The notes under the pieces were generated by a model. That model was not told where the DNA came from. It worked only from the letters and a program-made list of their open reading frames with translations, and searched no databases. Below are positions 1-12,649 of a stretch of DNA of 64,000 nt, in pieces. Position 1 is the first letter of the stretch, and every line of letters starts with the position of its first letter. Source of the stretch: the human T2T-CHM13v2.0 reference genome, Homo sapiens; the NCBI RefSeq assembly GCF_009914755.1, contig NC_060927.1. One strand, 5' to 3'. A program made the position numbers and the translations under genes.

Positions 1-734
1 GTCTGGCTGCTGTGGCCTTGCTGAGTTGTGGTGGGCTCCACCCAGTTCAAACTTTCTGGTGGCTTTGTTTACACAGTGGGGGTAAAACTGCCTACTCAAG
101 CCTTGGCAATGTGGAAGCCCCTCCCCCCACCAAGCTCTAGTGTCCTAGGTCAACCTCAGACTGCTGTGCAAGAATTTCAAGCCAGTGGATCTTAGCTTGC
201 TGGGCTCTGTAGGGGTGGGACCCGCCGAGCCAGACCACTTGGCTCCCTGGCTTCAGCCCCCTTTCCAGGAGAGAGAATGGTTCTGTCTTGTTGGCATTCC
301 AGTTGCCACTGTGGCATGAAAAAAAAAAAACCTCCTGCAGCTAGCTCGGTGTCTGCCCAAACAGCTGCCTAGTTTTGTGCTTGAAACCTAGGGCCTTGGT
401 GGCAGAGGCACTGGAGGGAATCTCCTGGTCTGTGGATTGTGAAGACCATGAGAAAAGCATAGTTTCTGGGTGGAGTGCACCGTTCCTCATGGTACAGTCC
501 CTCGGGGCTTCCCTTGGCTAGGGGAGGGAATTCCCCCAACCCCTTGCACTTCCTGGGTGAGGCAACACCCCATTCTGCTTTGGCTCACCCTCCGTGGGCT
601 GCACCCACTGTCCAACCAGTCCCAGTGAGATGAACCAGGTACCTCAGTTGGAAATGCAGAAATCACCTGCATTCTGCATTGATCTCACTGGGAGCTGCAG
701 ACTGGAGCTGTTCCTATTTGGCCATGTTGCCAGC
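1..734 (-). mobile_element. LINE-1 5'UTR including the 5' terminus (L1PA7/8-like); the element continues left of the window
   Basis: Reverse complement reads GCTGGCAACATGGCCAAATAGGAACAGCTCCAGTCTGCAGCTCCCAG...TGAGGTACCTGGTTCATCTCACT, matching the L1PA 5' end. The YY1 site CAAGATGGCC is changed to CAACATGGCC (720-729). Confidence 0.9.
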
Positions 735-1409
735 AAATTCTGAGATTTTTTTCAAAAGTGCAAAGAAAGACATCTGAGGGGTGCTGACATATTCGGGTCA
801 CCTCAAGCCACATGCCAGCTTGCTTGCCCCTGTTGGATTCAGCAGAGGGAGATAGGCCTTGCCATACCTGTGGTGTCTGCCAAAGCTTCCTCCTGGCAAT
901 TCTTGGGAGTGCTGATACCTGGGCCACAGTTAGTCCAAGTTTATCACTGAAGATCCTATCAAAGTTTTGTCTGAAATTCCACTTTTGCCTTTTGTCCTAA
1001 GTGGTTGTGGACATCTCCAGGGGCTGATACCAAGGACTAGGAACAGCTGAGGGAGGCAGAAAGGTTCAGAGTACATCTCTATTTACAGGGAACAGAACAC
1101 CGGCCTCCGAGAGTCCATGGAGCAATGGGAAAATTGCAGTGATTACTCATCACTGTGAAACTTCTACTTTGAATACAGTATCTTCTGGCAAGCATAGGGG
1201 ACTGCAGTCGACAATGCTGCTGAATATACCTGAGTACATAGTAAGACATTTGTTTGGTAAACAGTCAATGCATACAATAAATTACCTTGAGAGGGCCATC
1301 TGTGCTCCAGATGTGAGAGTTCATGTGAATAGAATGGCTGCAATTCAAAGAATCTTCACAGGAAAACAGGGCTCAGAGCTCATCCACAATGGACAGACAG
1401 GGAGGGAAA

Positions 1410-1905
<496 letters not shown>

Positions 1906-4400
1906 TAATATGTTTTGAAGTCAGATTGTGAGGCCTTCAGCTTTGTTCTTATTGCTCAAGAGTCCTTTAGTTATTCAGGATCCTTTGTGGTTCCATATAA
2001 ATTTTCAAATTGTTTTTTCTATTTCTGTGAAGAATGACATTGAAATTTTGATAAATATTGCATTAAACCTATAAATCGCTTTGGGCAGTAAGGACATTTT
2101 AAGAATATTAATTCTTCCTACCCATGAACATAAAATATCTTTCCATGTATTTGTGTCATCTACAATTTTTCATCAATGTTTTATAGTGTTCAGAATACAG
2201 ATCTTTCACCTCCTTGGTTAAATGTACTCCTAAGTACAATCCTAAATGTGCTCCTAAACAAAAAAAATACGTTTTTTTTGATGCTACTGTGAATGAGATT
2301 GATTTCTTTATTTTTGTCATATAGTTTGTTGTGAGTGTAAAGAAACTACTGAGTTTTGTACATTGATTTTGAATTCTGAAATTTTATTGAATTCATTTAT
2401 CATTTCTAATAGCTTTTTGGTGGAGTTTTTAGGGTTTCCTATATATAATATGTCATCAAACAGAGACAATTTTACTTCTTCCTTTTCAATTTGAATCTTT
2501 TATTTCTTTATTTGGCTTAATTGCTCTGGCTAGGACTTCCAGAAATAAGTTGAATAGAAGTAGTGAGAATAAATATCCTTGTCTTGTTTTTGATCTTAGC
2601 AGAAAAGATTTCACTTTTTCATTGTTGGGTATGATGTGAGCTGTGAGCTTGTTATATATGTCCTGTTTTGTGTTAAGGTACATGCCTTCTATGCCCAATT
2701 TGTTGAGAGGTTTAGTCATGAGAGGATTTTGAATTTAGTCAAATGCTTTTTCTGCATATATAGAGATAGCTATTTTTTTATCCTTCATTCTGTTAATGTG
2801 GTTTATCACATTTGATTTGTGTTTGCTGAAACATCTGGAGGATAAATCCACTTTATCATGGTAAATGTTCTCCTAATATGTTGTTAAATTCTGCTTGCTA
2901 GTACTTTTTTTTGAGGACTTTTGTATCTGTGTTCATCAGGGATATTGGTTGGCCCATACTTTTCTTATAGTGTCCTTGTTTGCCTTTTTATTTTTATTTT
3001 TATTTATTTATTTTTTAAATTATACTTTAAGTTTTAGGATACATGTGCACAACGTACAGGTTAGTTACATATGTATACATGTGCCATACTGGTGTGCTGC
3101 ACCCATTAACTCATCATTTAACATTAGGTATATCTCCTAATGCTATCCCTCCCCCCTCCCCCCACCCCACAACAGGCCCCAGTGCTAATATCCGGAATCT
3201 ACAATGAACCCAAACAAATTTACAAGAAAAAAACAAACAACCCCATCAAAAAGTGGGCAAAGGATATGAACAGACACTTCTCAAAAGAAGACATTTATGC
3301 AGCCAAAAAACACATGAAAAAATGCTCACTATCACTGGCCATCAGAGAAATGCAAATCAAAACCACAATGAGATACCATCTTACACCAGTTAGAATGGCC
3401 ATCATTAAAAAGTCAGGAAACAACAGGTGCTGGAGAGGATGTGGAGAAATAGGAACATTTTTACACTGTTGGTGGGACTGTAAACTAGTTCAACCATTGT
3501 GGAAGACAGTGTGGCGATTCCGCAGGGATCTAGAACTAGAAATACCATTTGACCCAGCCATCCCATTACTGGGTATATACCCAAAGGACTATAAATCATG
3601 CTGCTATAAAGACACATGCACACGTATGTTTACTGTGGCACTATTCACAATAGCAAAGACTTGGAACCAATCCAAATGTCCAACAATGATAGACTGGATT
3701 AAGAAAATGTGGCACATATACACCATGGAATACTATGCAGCCATAAAAAATGATGAGTTCATGTCCTTTGTAGGGACATGGGTGAAGCTGGAAACCATCA
3801 TTCTCAGCAAACAATCACAAGGACAAAAAACCAAACACCGCATGTTCTCACTCATAGGTGGGAATTGGACAATGAGAACACATGGACACAGGAAGGGGAA
3901 CATCACTTTAAAAAAAAACAATAATGCTGATCTTTTAAAATGAGTTTGGAAATACTCTTTCTCCTTCAAGTTTTTGGAAGAATTTCAGAAGGATTGTATT
4001 ATTATTTTTTAAAATGTTAGAATTCAGCAATGAAGTTTTCTGGTCCTGGGATGTTCTTTGATGGGAGATGTTTTATTATTGATATACTCTCCATACTCAG
4101 TATTGTTCTGTTCAGATTTTATCTTTCTTCTTGACTTTCTCTAGGTAAGTTGCATTTTTCTAGAAATTTATCTGCTTTTTCTAGGTTATCCAATTTGTTG
4201 GCTTGTAATTGTTTATAGTGGCCTCTTATGATCCTCTGTATTTCTGTGGTATTAGTTGCAATATTTCCTCTTTCATTTCTGATTTTATTGCTTTGAGTAT
4301 TCTCTCATTTTTCTAGTCTAGCTAATGGTTTGTCAGTTTTATCTTTTCAAAGAACAAATTCTTAGTCTCATTGATCTGTTCTATTTTCTTTCACAGTCTT
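1906..4400 (-). mobile_element. Old L1M ORF2 fragment, interrupted by a younger L1PA at 2986-3906
   Basis: Degenerate ORF2 translation, e.g. ORF 2486-2719 KPLNKLGIEGMYLN...SKTRQGYLFSLLLFN. Consensus-like sequence resumes after 3907. Confidence 0.85.
2986..3906 (-). mobile_element. 5'-truncated, 5'-inverted L1PA (L1PA3-5-like)
   Basis: Poly(T) tail and antisense 3'UTR at 2986-3184 are joined to sense ORF2 C-terminus plus 3'UTR start at 3185-3906. The two pieces are nearly contiguous on the L1 consensus (...GGGGAACATCAC / CACTGGGGCCTG...). Confidence 0.92.
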
Positions 4401-4539
4401 TTTTGTATTTGAAGGACTTGTATTTGTTAACTGGCTCAAGCCTGGACATTTGTTGAGGTGCTATGAGTCTCTATTGCTCTCATTTCTCTTCACTAGACAT
4501 AGAAATTTTCTGATTACACGAATCAAATAAGACTAATAA

Positions 4540-5372
4540 GCTTCCCAGGGATGAATCCCACTTAAGCATGGTGAATTTTTTTGCTGTTTTTTTTTTAAAA
4601 ATAATATTTGCTAATATTTGGCTGAAGGTTTTTCCATCCAAGTTCATCAGGAGTATTGGTCTGCAATTTATTTTTATTATAGTGTCCTTCTCTGGTTTTG
4701 GTATCAGGGTAATGCTGGTTTTGAAAAATGAATTTGAAAGTATTCCTCTTCTTCATTTTTTTTGGAAGAGTTTGGGAAGGATTGGTGTTAGTCATCTAAG
4801 TGTTTGTTGGAATTCAGCCACCAAGCCATTCAATCCTTGGTCTTTCTTTTATGAGAGACCTTTCATTGGTGATTTAATTTCCTTATTCATGATTTCTTCT
4901 AAATTTTGAATTCTTCATGATTCAGTTTTGGTACGAGTTTATCAATTTCTTCTAGGTTATCTAATTTGCTGGTGAATAATTGTTTATAGTAGTATGTTAT
5001 GATTTTTTAACTTCTGTGGTATCAGTTGTAATGTCTCTTCTTTCACTTCTGAGTTTGTTTTCTTTTTTCTTAGTCTATGTAAGAATTTGTTAATTTTGTT
5101 TATCTTTTCAAAAAACAATTCTTATTTTTATTGAAATTTTCAGTTTCTATTATATTATTTCTGCTCTGATCTTTGTTATTTGTTTCCTTCTGCTATCTTT
5201 GGGCTTGTATTGTTCTCTAATTTTCTCGCTCCTTTAGGCATAATATTAGGTTGCTTATTTGAGATCTTTTTTTTCTTTTTTGATGTAGGCATTTATTGCT
5301 ATAAATGTCCCTCTTATAACTGCTTTTGTTGCATCCCATATGTTTTAGTATGTTATGTTTCCATTTTCATGC
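4540..5372 (-). mobile_element. Second old L1M ORF2 fragment covering a similar ORF2 interval
   Basis: cccagggatgaatcccact...tggttttggtatcagggtaatgctgg is antisense L1 ORF2 (PKPxKD region). Confidence 0.75.
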
Positions 5373-5789
5373 TACCTGATTTTAGAATATATTTCAAAGC
5401 ATGGTGTATAGTGCTTTTAAAAAGAGGCTATATATAGGTATATATAAAAACAATACACACATTATATATAAACTATGACATGCTTGTAAAGAAAAGAGAA
5501 CATAAAGTTTCTGAGGAAATAATTAGAAGAACAAGAGGATGCAAAGGGGTCTGTCAAAGATTCAGTGAAATGAGGGTTTTTGGATATTCACAGCTAATAG
5601 ATTAATGCATTAGGAATGAGCAAAAAAATTGATGGTAGTCAAACAGAGGGAGGGAGGTAGATTTTGAATGATTCAAAGCAGGAGTGTTTTGAAGATAAAC
5701 AGAATAACTAAAAAGAAAGACTCAGATGAAAAGCCTAGATTTAAAGCATTTGAATCAAGAGGTGGTAATCTAGGAATTAGGTTGATTTC

Positions 5790-5915
5790 TTTTTTTTTAA
5801 ATTTGTGTAGCTTTTTATTTTATTTTTTATTATACTTTAAGTTTTAGGGTACATGTGCACAAAGTGCAGGTTTGTTACATATGTATACATGTGCCATGTT
5901 GGTGTGCTGCACCCA
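5790..5915 (-). mobile_element. Very short L1PA 3'-end insertion
   Basis: ttatactttaagttttagggtacatgtgcac...gctgcaccca; imperfect TSD ggttgatttc (5780-5789) / ggttaatttc (5923-5932). Confidence 0.85.
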
Positions 5916-6109
5916 GAAGACTGGTTAATTTCAATAACCTAAAAATCCACAAGGTGGGAGTGTTTCACTGAAGCCAGTTGTTAGAGAAACGTTAGAACCA
6001 ACTTCCTTTTTTTCTCTGTCCCTTCTTCTCTGCTTTCTTCTTTTCTCCTCCTCCGCCTCCTCCCTTTACTCTCCTTCTCTCTCTGTTTTTCTAATCATGA
6101 AAACAAATG

Positions 6110-6545
6110 AAAAAAACTATGAGCAAGAGCACAGAAAAAAGACTAGCAAAGACTGCAGTTATTGAAAGTATCAGATACAGAAAATAAAATAAAATAACTA
6201 TATTTAGTATGTTTAAAGTAAAACAAAAAATTAAAAATATCATAATGGAACAGGAAACTCTAGAGAATGGCCAAGAAGATTAAAAGAAAACAAATAGAAT
6301 GTCCATAGAGAATAACATAATTGAAATTTAAACCCAAATGAATGGTTTTAACAGAATATTAGTATGTTAGAAGCAGTTGAAGAGTGAACTAGTAAACTGT
6401 AATATAGGTCAGAAGGGGCTATCCAAAATGAACACAGGAATAAAGACATGGAAAATAAGAAACATGTAGTTAGGAGACATGGAAGACAGAGGGGGAAATG
6501 CTAAAAAGTTTTAAAGAGTGTTTCAGAAGGAGAGAAAGGAGATCA
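6110..6545 (+). mobile_element. Ancient L1 ORF1-like fragment
   Basis: A-rich sequence resembling the L1M ORF1 coiled-coil region (ataattgaaattt...aatggttttaacag...gaagagtgaactagtaaactg); highly decayed. Confidence 0.5.
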
Positions 6546-6698
6546 TGAATCAGTGTATATATTTTTTAAATTTTATTTTATGTTCTGGGATACACGTGCA
6601 GAAAGTATAGGTTTGATACATAGGTAAATGTGTGCCATGGTGGTTTGCTGCACCCATCAACCCATCACCTAGGTATGAGGCCCTGCATGCATTAGCTA

Positions 6699-6931
6699 TT
6701 TGTCCTGATGGTCTCCTACCCCTGTCCCCCTGAGAGGCCCTGGTGTGTGTTGTTCCCCTCCATGTATCCACGTGTTTGTCTTGATGGTCTCCTACCCCCT
6801 GTCCCCCTGAGAGGCCCTGGTGTGTGTTGTTCCCCTCCATGTATCCACGTGTTTGTCCTGATGGTCTCCTACCCCTGTCCCGCTGAGAGGCCCTGGTGTG
6901 TGTTGTTCCCCTCCATGTATCCATGTGTTTG
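6699..6931. repeat. Tandem repeat, 3 copies of a 76-77 bp unit
   Basis: Unit tgtcctgatggtctcctacccctgtccccctgagaggccctggtgtgtgttgttcccctccatgtatccacgtgtt starts at 6701, 6777 and 6854. Confidence 0.95.
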
Positions 6932-7198
6932 CTCTCATTGTTCAACTCCCTCTTACGACTGAGAACATGTGGTGTTTGGTTTTCTTTTCCTGTGTTAGTT
7001 TGCTGAGGGTGATGGCTTCCAGCTTCATCCATGTCCCTGCAAAGAACATGATCTCATTTATTTTAACGGCTGCATAGTATTCCATGGTGAATATATATCA
7101 CATTTTCTTTATCCAATATATCATTGATGGGCATTTGGGAGGATTCCATGTATTTTCTATCGTAAATAGTGCTGCAATAAACATATGTGTGCATGTAT

Positions 7199-7343
7199 AT
7201 GTATGTGTGTGTGTATATATATGTAGTTATAATATGTATATATATGTGTATATATATACACATATATATACATTTACATATATAATATCTGTATATATGT
7301 ATATATATGTGTATATATATGTATGTATATGTATATATATATA
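7199..7343. repeat. Imperfect (TA/TG)n microsatellite
   Basis: Alternating purine-pyrimidine run of tata/tgta/tgtg units. Confidence 0.95.
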
Positions 7344-7634
<291 letters not shown>

Positions 7635-8044
7635 TGTGCATGTATCTTTATAATAGAATGATTTATATTCCTTTGGGCATATATCCAGTAAAGGGATTGC
7701 TGGGGCAAATGGCATTTCTGGTTCTAGATCTTTGAGGAATTTTCACACTGCCTTCCACAGTGAATGAACTAATTTACATTCCCACAAACAGTGTAAAAAC
7801 ATTCCTATTTCTCCACAGCCTTACCAGCAACTGTTGTTTCTGGAGTTTTTGATAATCACCATTAAGACTGGTTTGAGATAGTATCTCATTGTGGTTTTGA
7901 GTTGCATTTCTCTAATGATCAGTGATTTGAGCTTTTTTTCATATGTTTGTTGGCCACATCCATGTCTTCTTTTGAGAATTGTCTGTTCATGTCCTTTGGC
8001 CAATTTTTGATGGTTTTTTTTTTTTCTTGTAAATTTAAGTTCTC

Positions 8045-9075
8045 CATAGGAGCAGGTGCTCTAATTGCTTGGAGGTCTGCCTATGTGTGGAGATGAGAGG
8101 GCCTCACTGCACTATAATCTCAGCACAGGAAGGTTGGGGAAGCTCAGGCTGCTGATCCAGTCAAGTGGGTACTCCACATACCTGGAAATCTGCCTGGCCA
8201 TAGACTGGAGAGGGCCCCACTGCACCACAACCTATGTTTATAAACGGTGGGGTAGCTCAGGATGCTGGTCCAGGTAGACAGGTGCTCCAATGCCTGAATT
8301 TCTGCCTGGGGGTGAAGCAGAGAAAGCCCTGCTGTATCACATTCTCAGGGGAACAGGCTGGGGCACCCAGCAATGACACCTGCAGACTGGTTGTAGGTCT
8401 CCAAGCTGGCCCTGGCTGCAAGTTTCATCACCTGGGAGAAATTACAGCTGTAGCAGCTTTTCTGTTGCCCCGAGGCTGCGATGGGGGAAAGCACAATTCC
8501 AGCACATACTGCTGAGGTGTTTTCCACAATATGGCTGTGAAGGTCCCTACCAAGCCCCAAAGCAGTTGTTCCAATCTTTGGCCTGAGACTAAAATGCCTG
8601 TGCAGGCATTCTGCTGGGTCACAAAAAGAAAAAAAAAAGCTGACTTTGCATGCATCCAGATTGAAAATGGCATCTTGCTCTTACTTCCTGGTCTGGGAAA
8701 ATGTCTGCAGCTGTTCCCAGTGTCTTTGCTTCACAGCATCTCCAAGCCTCTCCCCATGTTGACTCCAGGCCTTGGGAGAAACAAAATGCAACAACTTGGC
8801 TGGGGTTGCTCAGATTCACAGTGAAAATGTCAGTTACAGAGGGAGGCTCTCTGCCTCTCTCACATACTAGGACTTCGCTCACTTTTATAAGCTGGTTGCT
8901 GTCATGTTGACTGTTTGCTCACATTCTCCTTCTTGGGATCTATGATGTCCTTCATGATTCTGGTGGATTCCCATTTTCCTTCTTGACTTAGAGCTCACAG
9001 AGTTGACCTTTGTGCACTCTCTTGCTATTTCTAAGTGGCCGAGGCACACTAAAAGCCTCTAATTTATCATCTTGG
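8045..9075 (-). mobile_element. Old L1 5'UTR-like segment
   Basis: GC-richer block whose reverse complement begins CCAAGATGATAAATTAGAGGC, resembling the CCAAGATGGC start of old L1 5' ends; subfamily uncertain. Confidence 0.5.
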
Positions 9076-9118
9076 GAAAAAAACAAAACAGGGAAGTTTG
9101 CTTTTGCAAATTGTTGTT

Positions 9119-9599
9119 TGTGGGGGTCTGTCCTGCAGACCCCAGCTGCACGAGGGATGAATAATGTACTCAGACACCAATTATTCAGTGAAAGAGCCGC
9201 TAGGGGGCTGGGCCATGCACAGAAAGAGTTCTGGCAGCCACGAGCCCTGACTAGCTAGCCCTGCCAGCATTTATTGAAAAAACATTAAATGACAGGGGCT
9301 TTTAGTCAACACAAATAGAGGGTAATTAACCTGGTCACCCTCCCCCGAGAGAGAGCCATCCTGCCTGTGAATGATCAAAGGTTGGCTTCAGGACCACATG
9401 AGTAAACAAGTTATTTAGATAAACTCCCTTACATTCCTTTGCACCTACTTTAAGCTATTTACTCAAGGAAGGATTAGGCCGCCTTCATTCAGATCTATTA
9501 CTGAAGCTATACAACACCCCCAGCCTTCCATGAAGGTTTGTGTCGATTTCTTATAACTATCTTTAAAATTTTTCCCACCAGCCTGACTGAACTCCCACA
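9119..9599 (-). mobile_element. Solo LTR, LTR22 family (HERV-K22/HML-5)
   Basis: 481 bp with TG...CA ends. The minus strand starts TGTGGGAGTTCAGTCAGGCTGGTGGGAAAAATT; AATAAA at 9275-9270; perfect 6-bp TSD gttgtt at 9113-9118 and 9600-9605. Confidence 0.88.
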
Positions 9600-9754
9600 G
9601 TTGTTGCTACTTTTTGAAATTGAAATACTTCTAGGAAGACTGATTAAGAACAATATAGAGAAAAGACATATTTTTCAAACTCCTGATGAAGAAGAAACAT
9701 CCGTATTAATATATAGCTAATAAAAAGATAAGAGATGTTGTGGAAAACTTCATA

Positions 9755-12640
9755 CAAGGGTGCCCACTCTCAGAACTTCTATTCAACATAGTACTGGATG
9801 TCCTAGCCAGAGCAATTAGGCAAAAGAAAGAAATAAAAGGCATGAAAATTGGAAAGGAAGAAGTTAAATTGTTTCTGTTTGCAGTTGACATGATCTTATA
9901 TATAGAAAACACCAATAACTCTGCCAAAAAATTTAGAATTCATAAATGAATTTAGTAAAGTTGCAGGATACAATGTGAACATACAAAATTCGGTAGCATT
10001 TCTACACATCAACAACAAACTATACAAAAAAAGAAATCAAGAAAACAATCCTATTTATAATAGCAACAAAAAATACTTAGATGTAAATTTAAACAAAGAG
10101 GTGAATGATCTTTACACTGAAAACTACAAAACATTGATGAAAACAATTGAAGAAGCCACAAATAAATGGAAAGATATCTCATGTTCATGGATTGGAAAAA
10201 GTAATATGTTTGAAATGTCCATACTATCCAAAGTGATGTACATATTGAATGCAATCTCTATCAAAATTCCTATGACATTTTCCCACAGAAATAGAAAAAC
10301 AACTCTCAAATCTGTATGGAATCACAAAAAACTCTGAAAAGCCAAAATAATCTTGATCGAAAAAAGCAAGGCAGGAGATATCACATTACCTGACTTCAAA
10401 TTATACTACATAGCTATAGCAATCGAAACACCATGGTACTGGCATAAACGCAGACACATAGACCAATTACACAGAATAAAGAGCCCATAAATAAATCTAC
10501 ATATTATAGTCAATTGACTTTCAACAAAGGTGCCAGGAACACACATGGGGAAAGAACAGTCTCTTCAAAAAATGGTGTTGAGAAAACTGAATGTCCACAA
10601 GATTGATCTTAGGCCCTTATTTCATACCATATAAAAATATAAATTCAAAATAAGTTAGACTTAAATGTAAGACCTAGCACTATAGAACTCCTAGAAGAAA
10701 ACAGGGGAATAACTCCAAGACATTGGTCTGGGCAATAATATTTTATGATATGACTCTAAAGCACAGGCAAGAAAAGCAACAAAACACAAATGGAATAGCA
10801 TCAACCTAAAAAGCTTCTGCACAGCAAAAGAAAGTCAACAGAGTGAAGTGATAACCTACAAAATGGGAGAAATTATCTGCAAACTATACATTTGATAAGA
10901 GGCTAATGTCCAAAATATCTTAGGAACTCAAACAACACAATAATAAGAAAACAAGGAACCCTAATGAAAAATTGACCAAGGATCTAAATAGACATTTCTC
11001 AAAAGAAGACATACAAATGGCCAACAGATATATAAAAATGCTAATTATCACTGATCATCAGAGAAATGCATATTAAAACTACAATAAAATGCCATTTCAC
11101 ATCCGTTAGAATGGCTGTTACAGAAAAGGCAGAAGATACCAAGTGTTGGAGAGGATGTGGAGAAAAGGAAAACCTTGTAATTGTTGAGAATGTAAACTAT
11201 TTCAGCCATTGTAAAAGACAGTATAAATGATTCTGTAAAAATAGAATTACCATATGATTCAGTAATGCTATTTCTGGGCATATATTAAAAAGATATCAAA
11301 TCAGTGTGTCAATGAGTTATCTGTACTCCCATATTTATTGTAGCATTATTCACAACAGCCAAGATGTGGAATTAACTTAAGTATCCATCGACACATGAGT
11401 GGATGAAGAAAATGTGGCACACATACACAATAGAATAGTATACAACCTTAAAAAATAAAAAAAGTATCATTTGTGACAACATGAATGAACCGGGAGGACA
11501 TTATACTGAGTAAAATAATCCAGGCACAGAAAGCCAGATACTGCATAATCTCACTTGTATGTGGAGGTCTAAGAAGGCTGAACACATAGAAGTACAGAGT
11601 AGAATGATGGTTACCAGGAGGATTGGGTAGATGTTGGTCAAAGGGTACAAAATTGCATTGTACAGGAGGAATGAATTCAACAGATCTATTGTGCAATATG
11701 GTGACTATAGTGGATAACAATGTATTGTTTTTAAATTTAATTTTTGTGGGTACATAGCAGGTGTACACATTTATGGGGTACATGAAATATTTTGGTACAG
11801 GCATGCAATGTACAATAAGTACATAATGGAAAATTGGATATTCATCCCCTCAAGCATTTATTATTTGTGTTATAAACAATCCAATTATACTCTTTCAGTT
11901 ATTTTTAAATGTATAATTGAATTTTAGACTGCAATCCCCCTGTTGTGCTATCAAATACTAGGTCTTATTAAATCTTTCTTTTTTTGTACCCATTAACCAT
12001 CCCCCACCTCTCCCAACCCCCACTACCCTTCACAGCCTCTGGTATACTTCCTTCTACTCTCTATCTCCATGAGTTCAGTTGTTTGCTTTTTGGATTCCAC
12101 ATATAAGTGATAACACATAGTATTTGTCTTTTTGTGCCTGGCTTATTTCACTTAACATAATGACCTCCAGTTTCATCTATGTTGTTGCAAATGACAGGGT
12201 CTCATTCCTTTTTATGGCTGAATAATACTTCATTGTATATAAGTACCACATTTTCTTTATTCATTCATCTGTTGATGGACACTTAGGTTGACTCCATAAC
12301 TTCGCTATTGAAAATAGTGCTGCAACAAATACGGGAGTGCAGATATCTCTTCGATATACTGATTTCTTTTTTGGGGGGTATATATGCAGCAGTGGGATTG
12401 CTGGACCACATGGTAGCTCTATTTTTACTTTTTTGAGGAGCCTTCAAACTGTTCTCCATAGGGGATGTACTTGTATTCTTCAAAATTGCTAAGAGTAGAT
12501 TTTTAAGTGTTCTCATAAAAAAAGATAAGCATGTAAGGTAATGCATATGTTAGCTTAACATGGCTATTTTACAATGAATATATATTTCAAAACATATAAT
12601 TTTATTTATCTGATAAAATAAATATAAAATATGAAACTTT
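9755..12640 (+). mobile_element. L1MA (MA4/5-like) ORF2 RT to 3'UTR, interrupted by an L1MA2-like element
   Basis: ORF 9740-9949 [29 protein letters not shown]...LFAVDMILY; 3'UTR ggtcaaagggtacaaaattgc resumes at ~12466. Confidence 0.85.
11728..12465 (-). mobile_element. L1MA2-like 3' end nested in the older L1MA 3'UTR
   Basis: tttgtgggtacatagcaggtg...atttatggggtacatg...tcccctcaagcattta L1MA1-3 3'UTR signature. Confidence 0.85.
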
Positions 12641-12649
12641 ATATTAATA

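Noticed and set aside
6699-6931. CRISPR-like array
   Set aside because: Units are head-to-tail with no unique spacers, derive from the L1 3'UTR, and the DNA is mammalian.
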